A DNA stretch of 64,000 nt from Verrucomicrobiota bacterium (GTDB lineage: Bacteria; Verrucomicrobiota; Verrucomicrobiia; Limisphaerales; UBA11358): contig JBEKYY010000021.1 in NCBI GenBank assembly GCA_049510395.1, forward strand, positions 13,970 through 77,969, given 5' to 3'. The stretch's first letter is position 1; the number at the start of each line of letters is the position of its first letter. Made by a program: the position numbers and the translations under genes. Positions 34,802 through 44,646 of the stretch are shown here, piece by piece. The notes below the pieces were generated by a model. The model saw only the letters and a program-made list of their open reading frames with translations. It made no database searches and was not told the DNA's origin.

Positions 34802-36091
34802 ATGAAGGCGACATCCCAAAACTGCCGAAGATGGCTTCCCAGGTTTTCTGGCGTGGTGGTTGTCCTGCTGTTCTTTGTTTTCATCTCCCAAACCATTGCC
34901 CAGCCGGTCGCCCATGTCATTCATATCAGCGTAGATGGTTTGCGACCGGACGCCATCACGGCACTGGGGCCGTCGAACCTGCCGAATTTCTACCGATTGC
35001 GCACCCAGGGCGCTTTTACCGACAATGCCAGGGCGGATTACGACTACACCGTCACTCTGCCCGACCACATCACCCAGCTTACCGGCCGGGGAGTTCTTGG
35101 TTCAACGGGCCACAACTGGACCGATAACAGTGATCCCGAACCGGGAGAAACGCTGGCTTCCAACAAGGGAAGTTATATTGCCGGGGTGTTTGACGTGGTG
35201 CACGACAATGGGCTGAGCACCGGCGAATACGCCAGCAAATCGAAATTTTCCCTGTTCGCCACCAGTTGGAATGCCATCAACGGCGCTCCGGATGTCACCG
35301 GCCCCGACAACGGCAGAAATAAAATTGATGTTTATGTCAACGACAGCGACACGTCCGAACTGGTAAACACATTGATCACCAACATGTGGAGCCAGCCGTT
35401 GGACCATGCCTTTCTCCATCTCATGGACCCGGACGCCGTTGGCCACAGCGATGGCTGGGACATCACACCCGGAAGCAGATACAGCAATGCCATCAAAACG
35501 ATGGACAACCGTTTGGGGGTGATTTTTGCCCTGATTGATGGTGATCCACAGTTGACCGGCCGCACGGCCATCATCCTCACCGCCGACCACGGTGGCCAAG
35601 GCACCGACCATTCCGACCCAACACTGCCCGCAGATTATACCGTGCCGTTTTACGTTTGGGGACCGGGCGTCATGCCGGGAGCAGATCTTTATGCCCTCAA
35701 TCCAACTTCACGGCTGAACCCCGGTACGGGCCGGCCAAATTATTCTGCTTCCCTCCAGCCGATCCGAAACGGCGAAGCCGCGAACGTTGCTTTAAAGTTG
35801 CTGGGGCTGGGACCGGTTCCGGGTTCAACCATAGATACCAATCAAGACCTGGCATTGAGCATTCCATCGCCGGGAGATTTCCGGGTAATTTTTATCGGCA
35901 CCAACGCCGCACTGGCCTTCACGACCGTCTCCAACGCGCTTTACGATCTTCAGGCGTGTGACAACCTAGGCTCCGGTTCCTGGAGCAACCTCACCACCAA
36001 CATCATCGGCAATGGTGGGATGACAACCAACCTGGACACCGGAGCGGCGACCTTTTCCACCCGGTTTTACCGGTTGCGGCTTCATTTCTGA
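34802..36091 (+). CDS. Alkaline phosphatase superfamily protein (nucleotide pyrophosphatase/phosphodiesterase-like), secreted
   Basis: Signal/TM segment, then HISVDGLRPDAI, HLMDPDAVGHSDGW and TADHGG. The C-terminal ~70 aa domain ends in RFYRLRLHF. ATG at 34802, with 34772 as the alternative. Confidence 0.8.
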   Translation: MKATSQNCRRWLPRFSGVVVVLLFFVFISQTIAQPVAHVIHISVDGLRPDAITALGPSNLPNFYRLRTQGAFTDNARADYDYTVTLPDHITQLTGRGVLGSTGHNWTDNSDPEPGETLASNKGSYIAGVFDVVHDNGLSTGEYASKSKFSLFATSWNAINGAPDVTGPDNGRNKIDVYVNDSDTSELVNTLITNMWSQPLDHAFLHLMDPDAVGHSDGWDITPGSRYSNAIKTMDNRLGVIFALIDGDPQLTGRTAIILTADHGGQGTDHSDPTLPADYTVPFYVWGPGVMPGADLYALNPTSRLNPGTGRPNYSASLQPIRNGEAANVALKLLGLGPVPGSTIDTNQDLALSIPSPGDFRVIFIGTNAALAFTTVSNALYDLQACDNLGSGSWSNLTTNIIGNGGMTTNLDTGAATFSTRFYRLRLHF

Positions 36092-36298
36092 TAATGTGGT
36101 AGCACCCGCCTCCGGCGGGTTCAATTCGGCGTCCCGCCGAATTGCGCCGGCACCGACAAAAAATTTGTTGGGCGGACAAACAACAGCAAACTCAGTCAAC
36201 AGCCGGTTTCGGGCGTGACGCCCGAAACAACCCGCGGGACGCGGGTGCTACTACAAAAAACTGGCCAGCGACGCCGCCGATTGTATCCTGTCCGGCCG

Positions 36299-37435
36299 AT
36301 GATTTATTTCGACCATAACGCCACCGCACCGGTGATGCGCGAGGCGCGCGAAGCCTGGCTCGACGCGACCGAGAACAATCCGGGCAACGCGTCCAGCCCA
36401 CATCAAATCGGGGGTCGCGCCGGCACTGCGCTCAAGGAAGCACGCGAAAAACTCGCACATTTTCTCGGCTGCCAGCCGGCGGACATCATTTGGACGAGCG
36501 GCGCGACCGAGGCCAACAACATGGTCATGCACCATTTTGCGCGAACGCTCGACGCAAAGGGCGAGGTCTGGATTTCCGCCATAGAACATCCCTGCGTCCA
36601 TGAATCCGCAAAGCATTACTTCGGCAAACGCGCCAGATTGATACCTGTCACCCACGACGGCGTGATTGATCTGGACTGGCTGACGACGGAACTGGCTGAC
36701 ACCCGCCCCGGACTCGTCGGCATCATGGCCGCGAACAACGAGACCGGCGTCATCCAGCCGTGGCGCGAGGCGCTGGCGATTTGCCGTCAATACAAGGTGC
36801 CTTTTTTTTCCGACGCCGTGCAATGGCTCGGCAAAATGCCGGCCAAGGGACTGGGCGAATGCGATTATCTGAGCGGCGCGGCGCACAAGTTCGGCGGGCC
36901 GCGCGGCGTGGGCTTTTTGAAAGTGCCGCATCGCAGCCAGGTCACTCCCCTGATTCTCGGCGGCAAACAGGAACAAGGCCGCCGGGCGGGAACGGAAAAT
37001 GTCCCGATTATTTTGTCCATGCTCGCCGCCCTGGAAGTGCGCGAAAAACAGATGGCCCGCAGCGAACACATCCTGCGCGGCGTCTGGCGCGAGAATTTTG
37101 AAAGGCAGCTTTTGCACAAACTGCCCGGCACAGTAATCGTCGGCGCGAATTCGCCGCGTCTGTGGAACACGGTTTCGGCGTTGATGCCCGAAGGCGTGCA
37201 ATTGCGCTGGCTGACGAAACTCGACAGGGCCGGGTTTGCGGTTTCCACCGGCTCCGCCTGCACGACCGGCAAGGAGGAGCCGTCGCACGTGCTGGCGGCG
37301 ATGAATTTCAAGTCCGCGGAGGCGCATCGCGTGCTACGATTCAGCAGCGGTTGGGAGACGACCGAAGCCGACTGGGACGCGCTGTCCGACGCCCTGGCGA
37401 AAGTCCATGCCGAAGTGCATCACGCCAAAGCGTGA
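36299..37435 (+). CDS. Cysteine desulfurase (class V aminotransferase, NifS/IscS-like)
   Basis: MIYFDHNATAP..., SGATEANN, AAHKFGGPRGVG (PLP lysine) and STGSACT (active-site Cys). Confidence 0.85.
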   Translation: MIYFDHNATAPVMREAREAWLDATENNPGNASSPHQIGGRAGTALKEAREKLAHFLGCQPADIIWTSGATEANNMVMHHFARTLDAKGEVWISAIEHPCVHESAKHYFGKRARLIPVTHDGVIDLDWLTTELADTRPGLVGIMAANNETGVIQPWREALAICRQYKVPFFSDAVQWLGKMPAKGLGECDYLSGAAHKFGGPRGVGFLKVPHRSQVTPLILGGKQEQGRRAGTENVPIILSMLAALEVREKQMARSEHILRGVWRENFERQLLHKLPGTVIVGANSPRLWNTVSALMPEGVQLRWLTKLDRAGFAVSTGSACTTGKEEPSHVLAAMNFKSAEAHRVLRFSSGWETTEADWDALSDALAKVHAEVHHAKA

Positions 37436-37648
37436 CGATGTTCAATTTTTTAACCACGGATGAACACGGATGAACACGGATTTGGAATCAGACTTTCACG
37501 TGATTGGACTGTGGCATTTGACAACTACATATTTGAACTGATTATTCGTGTAATTTCGGCTGGACAGGCCACATAAAACGAATTAGCGGTATTTTAGATG
37601 ACCGGAGATATATAACTATTTTGTTGCATACTTACCTGTTAACGCCCA

Positions 37649-38059
37649 ATGAACCCGAAAGTTATTCTCTTACTGGTCGTCGCTCTGGGTCTCGGAGTTG
37701 GACACGCGTATGCGAAGCGGGCGGCTCCCAAGGAGGTGCCGCCGGTCACCTTTCAGGGAGTCAAGTACTCGGCGCCACATTGGGGGTTGGCCAACGGGAA
37801 AACGCAAAACGGGGGATATATTGAAGCGACCAGTTTGGAGACAGGCAAGTTGCTCTGGGAACTGAGGATTTATGAGGTGAAATACGACCCCAAGCTGGAG
37901 GGTGATGTTCAAGATGTTTTCATCACATCTTTGAAGCTCGTGCAAGGGAATCTGGAGATTCTGAACGAAGCGGGGGACAAGTTCGTCGTAGATTTGGCCA
38001 AGCGAAAGGTTATAAAGGGCGCAAACCATGTGTACCGTTTCAAAGATACGGGCCGCTAA
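37649..38059 (+). CDS. Hypothetical small secreted protein
   Basis: Signal peptide MNPKVILLLVVALGLGVGHAYA. An AT-richer 136-aa ORF. I recognised no motif. Confidence 0.55.
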   Translation: MNPKVILLLVVALGLGVGHAYAKRAAPKEVPPVTFQGVKYSAPHWGLANGKTQNGGYIEATSLETGKLLWELRIYEVKYDPKLEGDVQDVFITSLKLVQGNLEILNEAGDKFVVDLAKRKVIKGANHVYRFKDTGR

Positions 38060-38132
38060 ATCGTTGGAGCCAACGCCGGTTGGCGTCGCTCACCTCCTCT
38101 GCGTCGCTACGTGAGTTCAACGCAATGGAAAA

Positions 38133-38969
38133 TCAATTCTGCACCGCACCAAGCATCCGCACTTCGCGTTGCGGGAAGGGAATTTCGATTTTGTTCGCGC
38201 GGAATTGCTCGACGATGGCCTGGTAAATTTCCGCCTGTGCCGGGCCGTAATCGGCCACCGCCGTCCACGGTTTGATGGCAACGCTGATGGATGAATCCGC
38301 CAGCATCGTCACGCCAACGACGGGCGCGGGTTCTTTGAGCACACGGGAATTGCGGGTCAGCACACCCCGCACGATGACCAGAGCGCCGCTGATGTTTGTG
38401 TTGTAGGCAACTCCCACCGACAAATCAAGCTGCCGGATGTGGCCATAGTTGTGCAAAATTTCACCGACAATTTTCCGGTTGGGAATGATTACTTGTGAGT
38501 GATCGGCATGAAGCAGCGTGGTCGAGACAAGTTCGATGCTCGTCACCTGCCCCTGCACGCCGGCAATTTCAATATATTCGCCAAAACGAAAGGGTTTCGT
38601 GAAAATAATCGTCAGCCCGGCCATGATATTGCTGAGGATGCCTTGCATGGCCAGACCGATTCCCACGCCGGCCACACCGACACCAGCGATCAACGCCGTC
38701 ACGTCCATGCCCGCCGTGCCCAGCGCCACGACCAAGGCCATGCCAAAGACAAGCAACCTCGCAATGCGCACCAAAAGCATCCGTACCGGCGGTTCCATCG
38801 CCTTGCGTGTCAGCCAGCGGTCCAACAGTTTGCCGATCCAACGCGCGGCAATGAAACCAATCACTACCACGACCAGCGCCGAAATGAGCGCGCCAGCGTG
38901 CAAGATGATGTAATCAACGATTTTGTCCTGCCAGACTGCCAGATTTCCCGTGCTTCCGGTTTTATTCAT
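38133..38969 (-). CDS. Small-conductance mechanosensitive channel (MscS family)
   Basis: TM helices, then FRFGEYIEIAGVQGQVTSIELVSTTLLHADHSQVIIPNRKIV. ATG at 38969. Confidence 0.85.
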   Translation of the reverse strand: MNKTGSTGNLAVWQDKIVDYIILHAGALISALVVVVIGFIAARWIGKLLDRWLTRKAMEPPVRMLLVRIARLLVFGMALVVALGTAGMDVTALIAGVGVAGVGIGLAMQGILSNIMAGLTIIFTKPFRFGEYIEIAGVQGQVTSIELVSTTLLHADHSQVIIPNRKIVGEILHNYGHIRQLDLSVGVAYNTNISGALVIVRGVLTRNSRVLKEPAPVVGVTMLADSSISVAIKPWTAVADYGPAQAEIYQAIVEQFRANKIEIPFPQREVRMLGAVQN

Positions 38970-39051
38970 GGTCACCTCAAGTTCATGGTCTATTGCCACC
39001 ATTCGTTAAATCAATTGCCTGCACTTCGTCAATACTTGCTTTTCAATAAAT

Positions 39052-39414
39052 TTATTCACCGCGGTAAACCGCCCGCGCCGTGCAGGTTTCCGCCACGACG
39101 ACTTCGGCGAGCAACGGCAGCTTCGGCTTCAGCTTTTTCCAGATCCACACGGCGATTTCCTCGCTCGTCGGATTTTCCAGGCCGGCAATGTCGTTCAGAT
39201 AACGATGGTCGAGCTTCTCCCAAATCGGCTTGAACGCTGCTGTAATGTCCGCGTAATCCATCAGCCAGCCGAGTTTCGCGTCGCACTCGCCCGCCACTAC
39301 GATGTCCACCTTGAAGCTGTGCCCGTGCAAGCGCCGGCACTTGTGCGCCTTCGGCAAACGCGGCAGCAGATGCGCCGCCTCGAATTGAAACGTTTTGCGC
39401 AATTCTATTTTCAT
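39052..39414 (-). CDS. queD: 6-carboxy-5,6,7,8-tetrahydropterin synthase
   Basis: FEAAHLLP...CRRLHGHSFKVDIVVAGE...DYADI, 120 aa. Confidence 0.9.
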   Translation of the reverse strand: MKIELRKTFQFEAAHLLPRLPKAHKCRRLHGHSFKVDIVVAGECDAKLGWLMDYADITAAFKPIWEKLDHRYLNDIAGLENPTSEEIAVWIWKKLKPKLPLLAEVVVAETCTARAVYRGE

Positions 39415-39422
39415 GTTTTTTT

Positions 39423-39605
39423 AGCCACAGATGAAACACAGATTGAACACGGATAAGACTTAAATTGACGGGTAGGGCGGGCAGTCCCCTGCACGCCGTT
39501 CGTGCGAACACAAACTGCGGCGCGCACGGAGTGACGCGCCCTACCTACATACAATTTGCCATTTCTGTTTTCCAATCTGTGTTTCATCCGTGTTAATCTG
39601 TGGCT
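39423..39605. repeat. Composite palindromic element
   Basis: The outer arms are built from cacagat/aacacggat words (39423-39454 vs 39575-39605). They enclose an inner ggtagggcg...cgccctacc twin-hairpin unit (39471-39546). Confidence 0.7.
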
Positions 39606-39609
39606 GAAT

Positions 39610-41028
39610 TTATTCTTCAAAGTCGGTCCAAGTCACCAAATCACCGAGCGCTGGCCGGCCGTCGTGCCGCCAGGTTAACGGCGGGTTTTGCATCCGGCCG
39701 AGCGGACACACCCGGGTCACGCCCCAGCGCGCCAGTTGCGTCGCCAGTTCCTCCAGTTTGTGCTCCAGCACCCCAAGGCCGACCGTCGAGACCTGGCCGC
39801 GTACCGTTTCGGCATGGTGCAAAGCTTCCGCCAGATCCCGCACCGGCTTCACATAAATGAACCGGTTCAGGCACGACAGTTGAAACCTGGCGTCCGCCTC
39901 ATAAACCACCGTCCAGGCCGTCGAATTCCGGCTGCACCAATGCTGCGTTGTCTCCGGTGAATGTGCTGCGCGGACCTCGTAAATCCCGCGACGCGACGCG
40001 ATGGCCGCCGCATGTCCCGCCGGCAATTCACCGCGCGGTTCGGTTTGTTCGCGCCGCTCCAGTTCGTCCGCGAGCAGCTCCGCGAATTTCTCCGGCGACA
40101 CTTCACCGCCGGTCTGCACGTAAACCACGTGCGGTGAAAGACAGCCCAGTTGGTTCCACGCCACCACGTCATCCGTGGTGCGCGACACGATTTGCCGGGT
40201 GTGCAAACCCGACAAAACCTCATGGGCCACAAAGCCAAAGCTCACGCGGTGGCCGTAGCCGAGAAAACGGGTTTTGACCGGCAGCCGCGCACGTATCGCC
40301 GCCAGCGTCTCGTCGCTGCCCGTCGTGGTCACGCAATCGGCCTCGGCGAACAATACCGTCTCCAGATCCGCATTGCCGCCGCGCCATTCGGCAATTTCCA
40401 GGCAGGCCCCCAGTTTTGTATCCGCGTCGTAAATTGAGTGCGCAAACAAGCGGGGCAGAAACATTGAACCACTCGCGCATTTCACAAACTGTGCCGAACG
40501 GCTCAGCAGGCCGAGCACAATGCTCATCAGCGCCGGGTTCGGGAGATTGCCCGCCGTGATATGCACCAGCAATTCCGGTCCGCGCCAAAAGTGACGCTTG
40601 ACGCGTGACCGGCCTTCGCTCAGAAGCTTCGGCCCGGCGGGCGAGTGACGCGAGGTGACCGTTTCTCCTGTCACACGACGCACGTCACCTGTCACACTGA
40701 CGGCGTCGCCCAATTCCTGCATCAGCAGCGCTTGAAAATTTTCCGGCGTGAACTGGTGGAAAAAATTGTCGAGTCCTTTTTGCAGCGTTGCCCGGGAAAA
40801 CCCGGTTTTTTCCGGCCCGGATTCGAGCGCCAGCCGGCGAAAGGTGTTGTCAGGTTTCAACCAGGCTTCTGCCACGTCGCACAGCACCCCGACCAGGCTG
40901 TGTGTCGAACGCTGCGCCAGGTACCGCGCCCGATTGCGCTTCAACGTCCGGCAAGCCTCCGTGACCATCGCCGGCGACAGCGTCGCCTCCGGCGGCAGGT
41001 CGGCGAGAAAATAGTTCGGCAGGTTCAC
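39610..41028 (-). CDS. LuxC-like acyl-CoA reductase family protein
   Basis: 472-aa ALDH-like ORF with a GTG start, immediately downstream of the LuxE-like gene. I assigned the family from overall resemblance and this pairing. It contains a 111-nt repeat-derived segment (40591-40701). Confidence 0.55.
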   Translation of the reverse strand: MNLPNYFLADLPPEATLSPAMVTEACRTLKRNRARYLAQRSTHSLVGVLCDVAEAWLKPDNTFRRLALESGPEKTGFSRATLQKGLDNFFHQFTPENFQALLMQELGDAVSVTGDVRRVTGETVTSRHSPAGPKLLSEGRSRVKRHFWRGPELLVHITAGNLPNPALMSIVLGLLSRSAQFVKCASGSMFLPRLFAHSIYDADTKLGACLEIAEWRGGNADLETVLFAEADCVTTTGSDETLAAIRARLPVKTRFLGYGHRVSFGFVAHEVLSGLHTRQIVSRTTDDVVAWNQLGCLSPHVVYVQTGGEVSPEKFAELLADELERREQTEPRGELPAGHAAAIASRRGIYEVRAAHSPETTQHWCSRNSTAWTVVYEADARFQLSCLNRFIYVKPVRDLAEALHHAETVRGQVSTVGLGVLEHKLEELATQLARWGVTRVCPLGRMQNPPLTWRHDGRPALGDLVTWTDFEE

Positions 41029-41047
41029 AGGATTTACGATGTTCGAT

Positions 41048-42226
41048 TTACGATTTACGAGTTTCAGCCACCATCAACGAACAGCCCCGGGGTTCGGCCA
41101 ATGCCGCCCGGCCAATCAATTCAAAATGTTCGTCACGGCGAATGCCCAAATCTTCCGTCTGGATGGCCATGACGGAAAAGACATTCGCCAGATCAAACAC
41201 GCGAATCAAACCCGTTTCACCGTCGGCCACTTCGCGGCCGGTTTCGGGTGAGATGATTTGCACCCGTGCCCAGGGAGGGAATTGGAAAACGCGATGATGG
41301 AGGATGGAGGATGGAGGCTGGATGGCCGAATCGTAACCTTGTGAACTCAACTCGCTCATGCCGTATTCGCAGATGATGTTTTCGCGAGGCACACCGAGTC
41401 TTTCAGTGATGAGTTGGTGCAGTTCGGTCTTGGGCATCGAACGCGAACGGTTTTTGTAGCCGCCGGTTTCCATGACGCGCGAGCCGGGCGGAAGCTGGAA
41501 CGACAGATTGTTCTCTGCCAGATAATCCAGCAGGTGAACAAGGGAGAATGCGGTTCCGAGCAAAAGCAAGGCACGGGGCGCGGGGCTTGAGGCGCGAGGT
41601 GAAAGCGCGTCAACCACGGCATCGAAATCCACCGTCCAAGAATCGTCGTCCGCAATGTCGCCAAGGAAGGCACGGCTCGCGGGGACGCTCGCCCCACCAG
41701 GTTTTTGCCGCACAGTTTCAAACATGTGGACGAGGGACGAATGCGGCGCTTGCGCTGGCGGTGGCGTCAAAATTACCAATCTGAAATCCGAAATCCCATC
41801 CTTCGCCCGGAGGCTTCGGAGGGCAGGCCGAAATCCGAAATCAGGCACAACATGCCGGTCAAACCATGGAATCAATGAAGCCTCATATAGTTTCAATGAC
41901 TCCGTCGAATGGAAGTGCCGGCTGGGCTTTTGTTCCGTCGTGCCGCTGGAATGGAAAACGGCGGTGCGTTCGCCCGGCGCCAGACAGGTCAATTCCAATT
42001 CCTTGAACGCCGCCGTCGGGACAGCGGGTATTTGTGTCCAATGTTCGACCACTTTGGGCGTGAGCCTGCAAGCTTCGCAGATTTTCCGGTAGGCGGCGTT
42101 GGATTTGAACTGAAGCGCGAAGAGCTCGAGCGCGAGTTCGTTAAACTCATTATCTTGCGCTTGTCGCGCCGTATCCCGCAGGAGTGGGAGAAGGCGGGCG
42201 GCAAAGTTTGAAAGCTCGGTTGTCAT
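41048..42226 (-). CDS. LuxE-like acyl-protein synthetase / adenylate-forming enzyme
   Basis: ALQFKSNAAYRKICE, VPTAAFKELEL, FHSSGTT, METGGYK and an F..PPWARV..ISPETG pattern. ATG at 42226, with GTG at 42259 as the alternative. It contains repeat-derived segments. Confidence 0.6.
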   Translation of the reverse strand: MTTELSNFAARLLPLLRDTARQAQDNEFNELALELFALQFKSNAAYRKICEACRLTPKVVEHWTQIPAVPTAAFKELELTCLAPGERTAVFHSSGTTEQKPSRHFHSTESLKLYEASLIPWFDRHVVPDFGFRPALRSLRAKDGISDFRLVILTPPPAQAPHSSLVHMFETVRQKPGGASVPASRAFLGDIADDDSWTVDFDAVVDALSPRASSPAPRALLLLGTAFSLVHLLDYLAENNLSFQLPPGSRVMETGGYKNRSRSMPKTELHQLITERLGVPRENIICEYGMSELSSQGYDSAIQPPSSILHHRVFQFPPWARVQIISPETGREVADGETGLIRVFDLANVFSVMAIQTEDLGIRRDEHFELIGRAALAEPRGCSLMVAETRKS

Positions 42227-42315
42227 GCGGTTTTTGTTTGTCGGCTGGTTTTCCGCCACAGCCGAAAGGCATTATACCGCGAAATTGCCCTGCGGCAAGT
42301 GTGAACACTTCATCC

Positions 42316-42423
42316 GGTGGGGCGAGGCTACTGACGAGCCGTGCTTTCGTTGGTCTCCCGGCTCGCGCCTTCGCGGCGACGAAGCCGCTACGGCGGCGCA
42401 GGCGCGAGGACGCTCGCCCCACC
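42316..42423. repeat. ggtggggcgagg...cgctcgccccacc palindromic element
   Basis: Same terminal words as 26498, 32075 and 34629. It lies in the luxE-like/metG divergent intergenic region. Confidence 0.8.
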
Positions 42424-42480
42424 AAGTCATACTGCATAGCATTGCCATTACCGCCTTTGTCCGCCACACTGTTCGTCCCG

Positions 42481-44067
42481 ATGAACAAGCCGTTTTTCAT
42501 CACCACCGCCATTGATTACGTCAACGGTCAGCCGCATCTCGGCCATGCCTACGAGAAAATCGTCGCCGACGTCATCGCGCGGTCGCGTCGCAGCCTCGGT
42601 CAGGAAACCTTTTTCCTGACCGGCCTCGATGAACACGGGCAGAAGGTCCAGCAGGCCGCGCAGGCCGAGGGCAAATCGCCGCAGGCTTACTGCGACGAGC
42701 TGGCAGCGGACTGGCAGGCGTTTGCCAAAAAACTGGAGCTGACCAACGACGACTTCGTCCGCACCACGGATCCCCGGCACAAGGAATTCGTCCAGGCCAT
42801 CCTCGCGAAGCTTCATGCCGCCGGACATTTTTACAAGGCCGGTTATACAGGCTTTTATTCGGCCAAGGAGGAAACGTTCCTGACGACAAAAGACCGCCGT
42901 CCCGACGGGACATTCGATCCATCTTACGGCGAAGTCGTCGAACTGCAGGAGGACAATTATTACTTCAAGCTCAAGGCGCACCAGCAATGGCTGATTGATT
43001 ATCTGGAGGCGAATCCGTCGTTCGTCCAACCCGATTACCGCCGCAATGAAGTGCTTGGCTTCCTCAAGAACAACGAACTCGAAGACCTGTGCATTACCCG
43101 TCCAGCGGCGCGTTTGAACTGGGGCATTCCCCTGCCCTTCGACAAGGATTTTGTCACCTACGTCTGGTTCGATGCGCTGGTGAATTACATCAGCATCCCC
43201 GCCGCCCACGGCGATACAACCGTTTTGTCCGCCCTGCCCCCGTCACCGGTCACCTGCCTGCCGGCCGAAGCCTCGGCGAAGGCTGGTCACCCGTCACTTT
43301 CCCTGTGGCCTGCAGATATTCACGTCGTCGGCAAGGATATTGTAAAATTTCACGCGGTTTATTGGCCGATCATGCTCAAGGCGATGGGATTGCCGCTGCC
43401 GAAACAAATCCTCGTGCACGGCTGGTGGCAGAAGGACGGCGCGAAGATCAGCAAAAGCACCGGCAACATCGTTGACCCAATCGTGGTCATTGACGAATGG
43501 GGACTGGACGCCTTCCGGTTTTACGTTCTGCGCGAACTGGACATCGGCCCCGACGGCAACTGGACGGACGCCGGATTCAAGTCACGTTACTCCGCCGAAC
43601 TGGCCAACGGCTTGGGCAATCTCGTCAACCGCTCGCTTTCGATGCTCAAGCGTTACCGCAACAGCGTGGCGCCGGCGAAGCATGACGAACTCGCCACTGC
43701 CGCCGCAAAAGCTGCGGACGAAACGCGCGCCTTGTTCAAGCAAAACCAGCTTCAGGCCGCGCTGCAAAATATTTGGTGTCTTGTTGATCGAGCCAACAAA
43801 TACGTGGACCAGACCGCGCCATTCAAGCTCGCCAAGGACCCGGCGCAGGCCAAACGGCTCGACGAGGTGCTCTACAACCTGACGGAGACCTGCCGTGTGC
43901 TGGCGGTTTTACTCTGGCCGTTTCTGCCCGGCACGGCGGTGAAAATTTACGCGCAACTCGGTTTGTCCGGTGCACCGGACAAATTCGATGCTGCGACTTG
44001 GGGCGGTTTGCCCGCCGGCCACAAAATCGGCGAACCGGCGCCCCTGTTTCCGCGGAAGGATGTTTGA
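42481..44067 (+). CDS. metG: Methionine--tRNA ligase (short form)
   Basis: AIDYVNGQPHLGHAYE (HIGH), YVWFDAL, WPADIHVVGKDIVKFHAVYWP and KISKSTGN (KMSKS). Confidence 0.95.
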   Translation: MNKPFFITTAIDYVNGQPHLGHAYEKIVADVIARSRRSLGQETFFLTGLDEHGQKVQQAAQAEGKSPQAYCDELAADWQAFAKKLELTNDDFVRTTDPRHKEFVQAILAKLHAAGHFYKAGYTGFYSAKEETFLTTKDRRPDGTFDPSYGEVVELQEDNYYFKLKAHQQWLIDYLEANPSFVQPDYRRNEVLGFLKNNELEDLCITRPAARLNWGIPLPFDKDFVTYVWFDALVNYISIPAAHGDTTVLSALPPSPVTCLPAEASAKAGHPSLSLWPADIHVVGKDIVKFHAVYWPIMLKAMGLPLPKQILVHGWWQKDGAKISKSTGNIVDPIVVIDEWGLDAFRFYVLRELDIGPDGNWTDAGFKSRYSAELANGLGNLVNRSLSMLKRYRNSVAPAKHDELATAAAKAADETRALFKQNQLQAALQNIWCLVDRANKYVDQTAPFKLAKDPAQAKRLDEVLYNLTETCRVLAVLLWPFLPGTAVKIYAQLGLSGAPDKFDAATWGGLPAGHKIGEPAPLFPRKDV

Positions 44068-44286
44068 TTTTTCGTTCTCGTCCTCCTTCTCGTCCGCGTC
44101 CTCGATTGCTTGGATTCCGAGAACGAGGACGACGACGAGGACGATTGGATTGCGGCGTCTACCGCGCCGAGTATTTCGTGGTTCCAGTTCAGGTTTCCAA
44201 GTTCAGTCAGAAACTCATGGAACCCGCCCCCCTCTGAAAGACATCTTTGCAGGTGGCATGTGTTCTGCTAAATTGTATTTACGAAA

Positions 44287-44646
44287 ATGAACCTCGCCGT
44301 GAAATTTTCATTGCCGGTCAGTCTGGCTCTGACCGTCGCGTTTCTCACCGGCTGCGCAACCCCACCACCGGTTGACTGGGACAGCCGCGTTGGGCATTAC
44401 ACCTATGGCCAAGCGCTGACCGAACTCGGTTCGCCGGACCGGCAGGCCAGACTCAGCGATGGCAAAGTCGTGTCCAAATGGTTTGTCCAACCCCCGGTCG
44501 CTCCCCACTTCAATAGCGGCATGTCCTATTATGGCAGCACCGGCTTCGGCGCGGGTCAAACTGTCGGAGCCGGCATCAACAGCCAGATGCTCCAATTGAC
44601 CTTTGACACCGACGGCAAGCTGACCGCGTGGTCGAAGAATTACTAA
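44287..44646 (+). CDS. Hypothetical lipoprotein
   Basis: Lipobox LTGC in MNLAVKFSLPVSLALTVAFLTGCATPPP. Confidence 0.7.
   Translation: MNLAVKFSLPVSLALTVAFLTGCATPPPVDWDSRVGHYTYGQALTELGSPDRQARLSDGKVVSKWFVQPPVAPHFNSGMSYYGSTGFGAGQTVGAGINSQMLQLTFDTDGKLTAWSKNY

Noticed and set aside
36251-37327. 358-aa minus-strand ORF
   Set aside because: It is antisense to the cysteine desulfurase gene.
37441-38132. AT-rich patch with a small secreted ORF, examined as a possible third 'gene-end duplication' cassette
   Set aside because: It lies between two convergent 3' ends. I found no duplicate of either neighbouring gene end, so it does not share the mutY/CA architecture. I kept it only as a hypothetical CDS.
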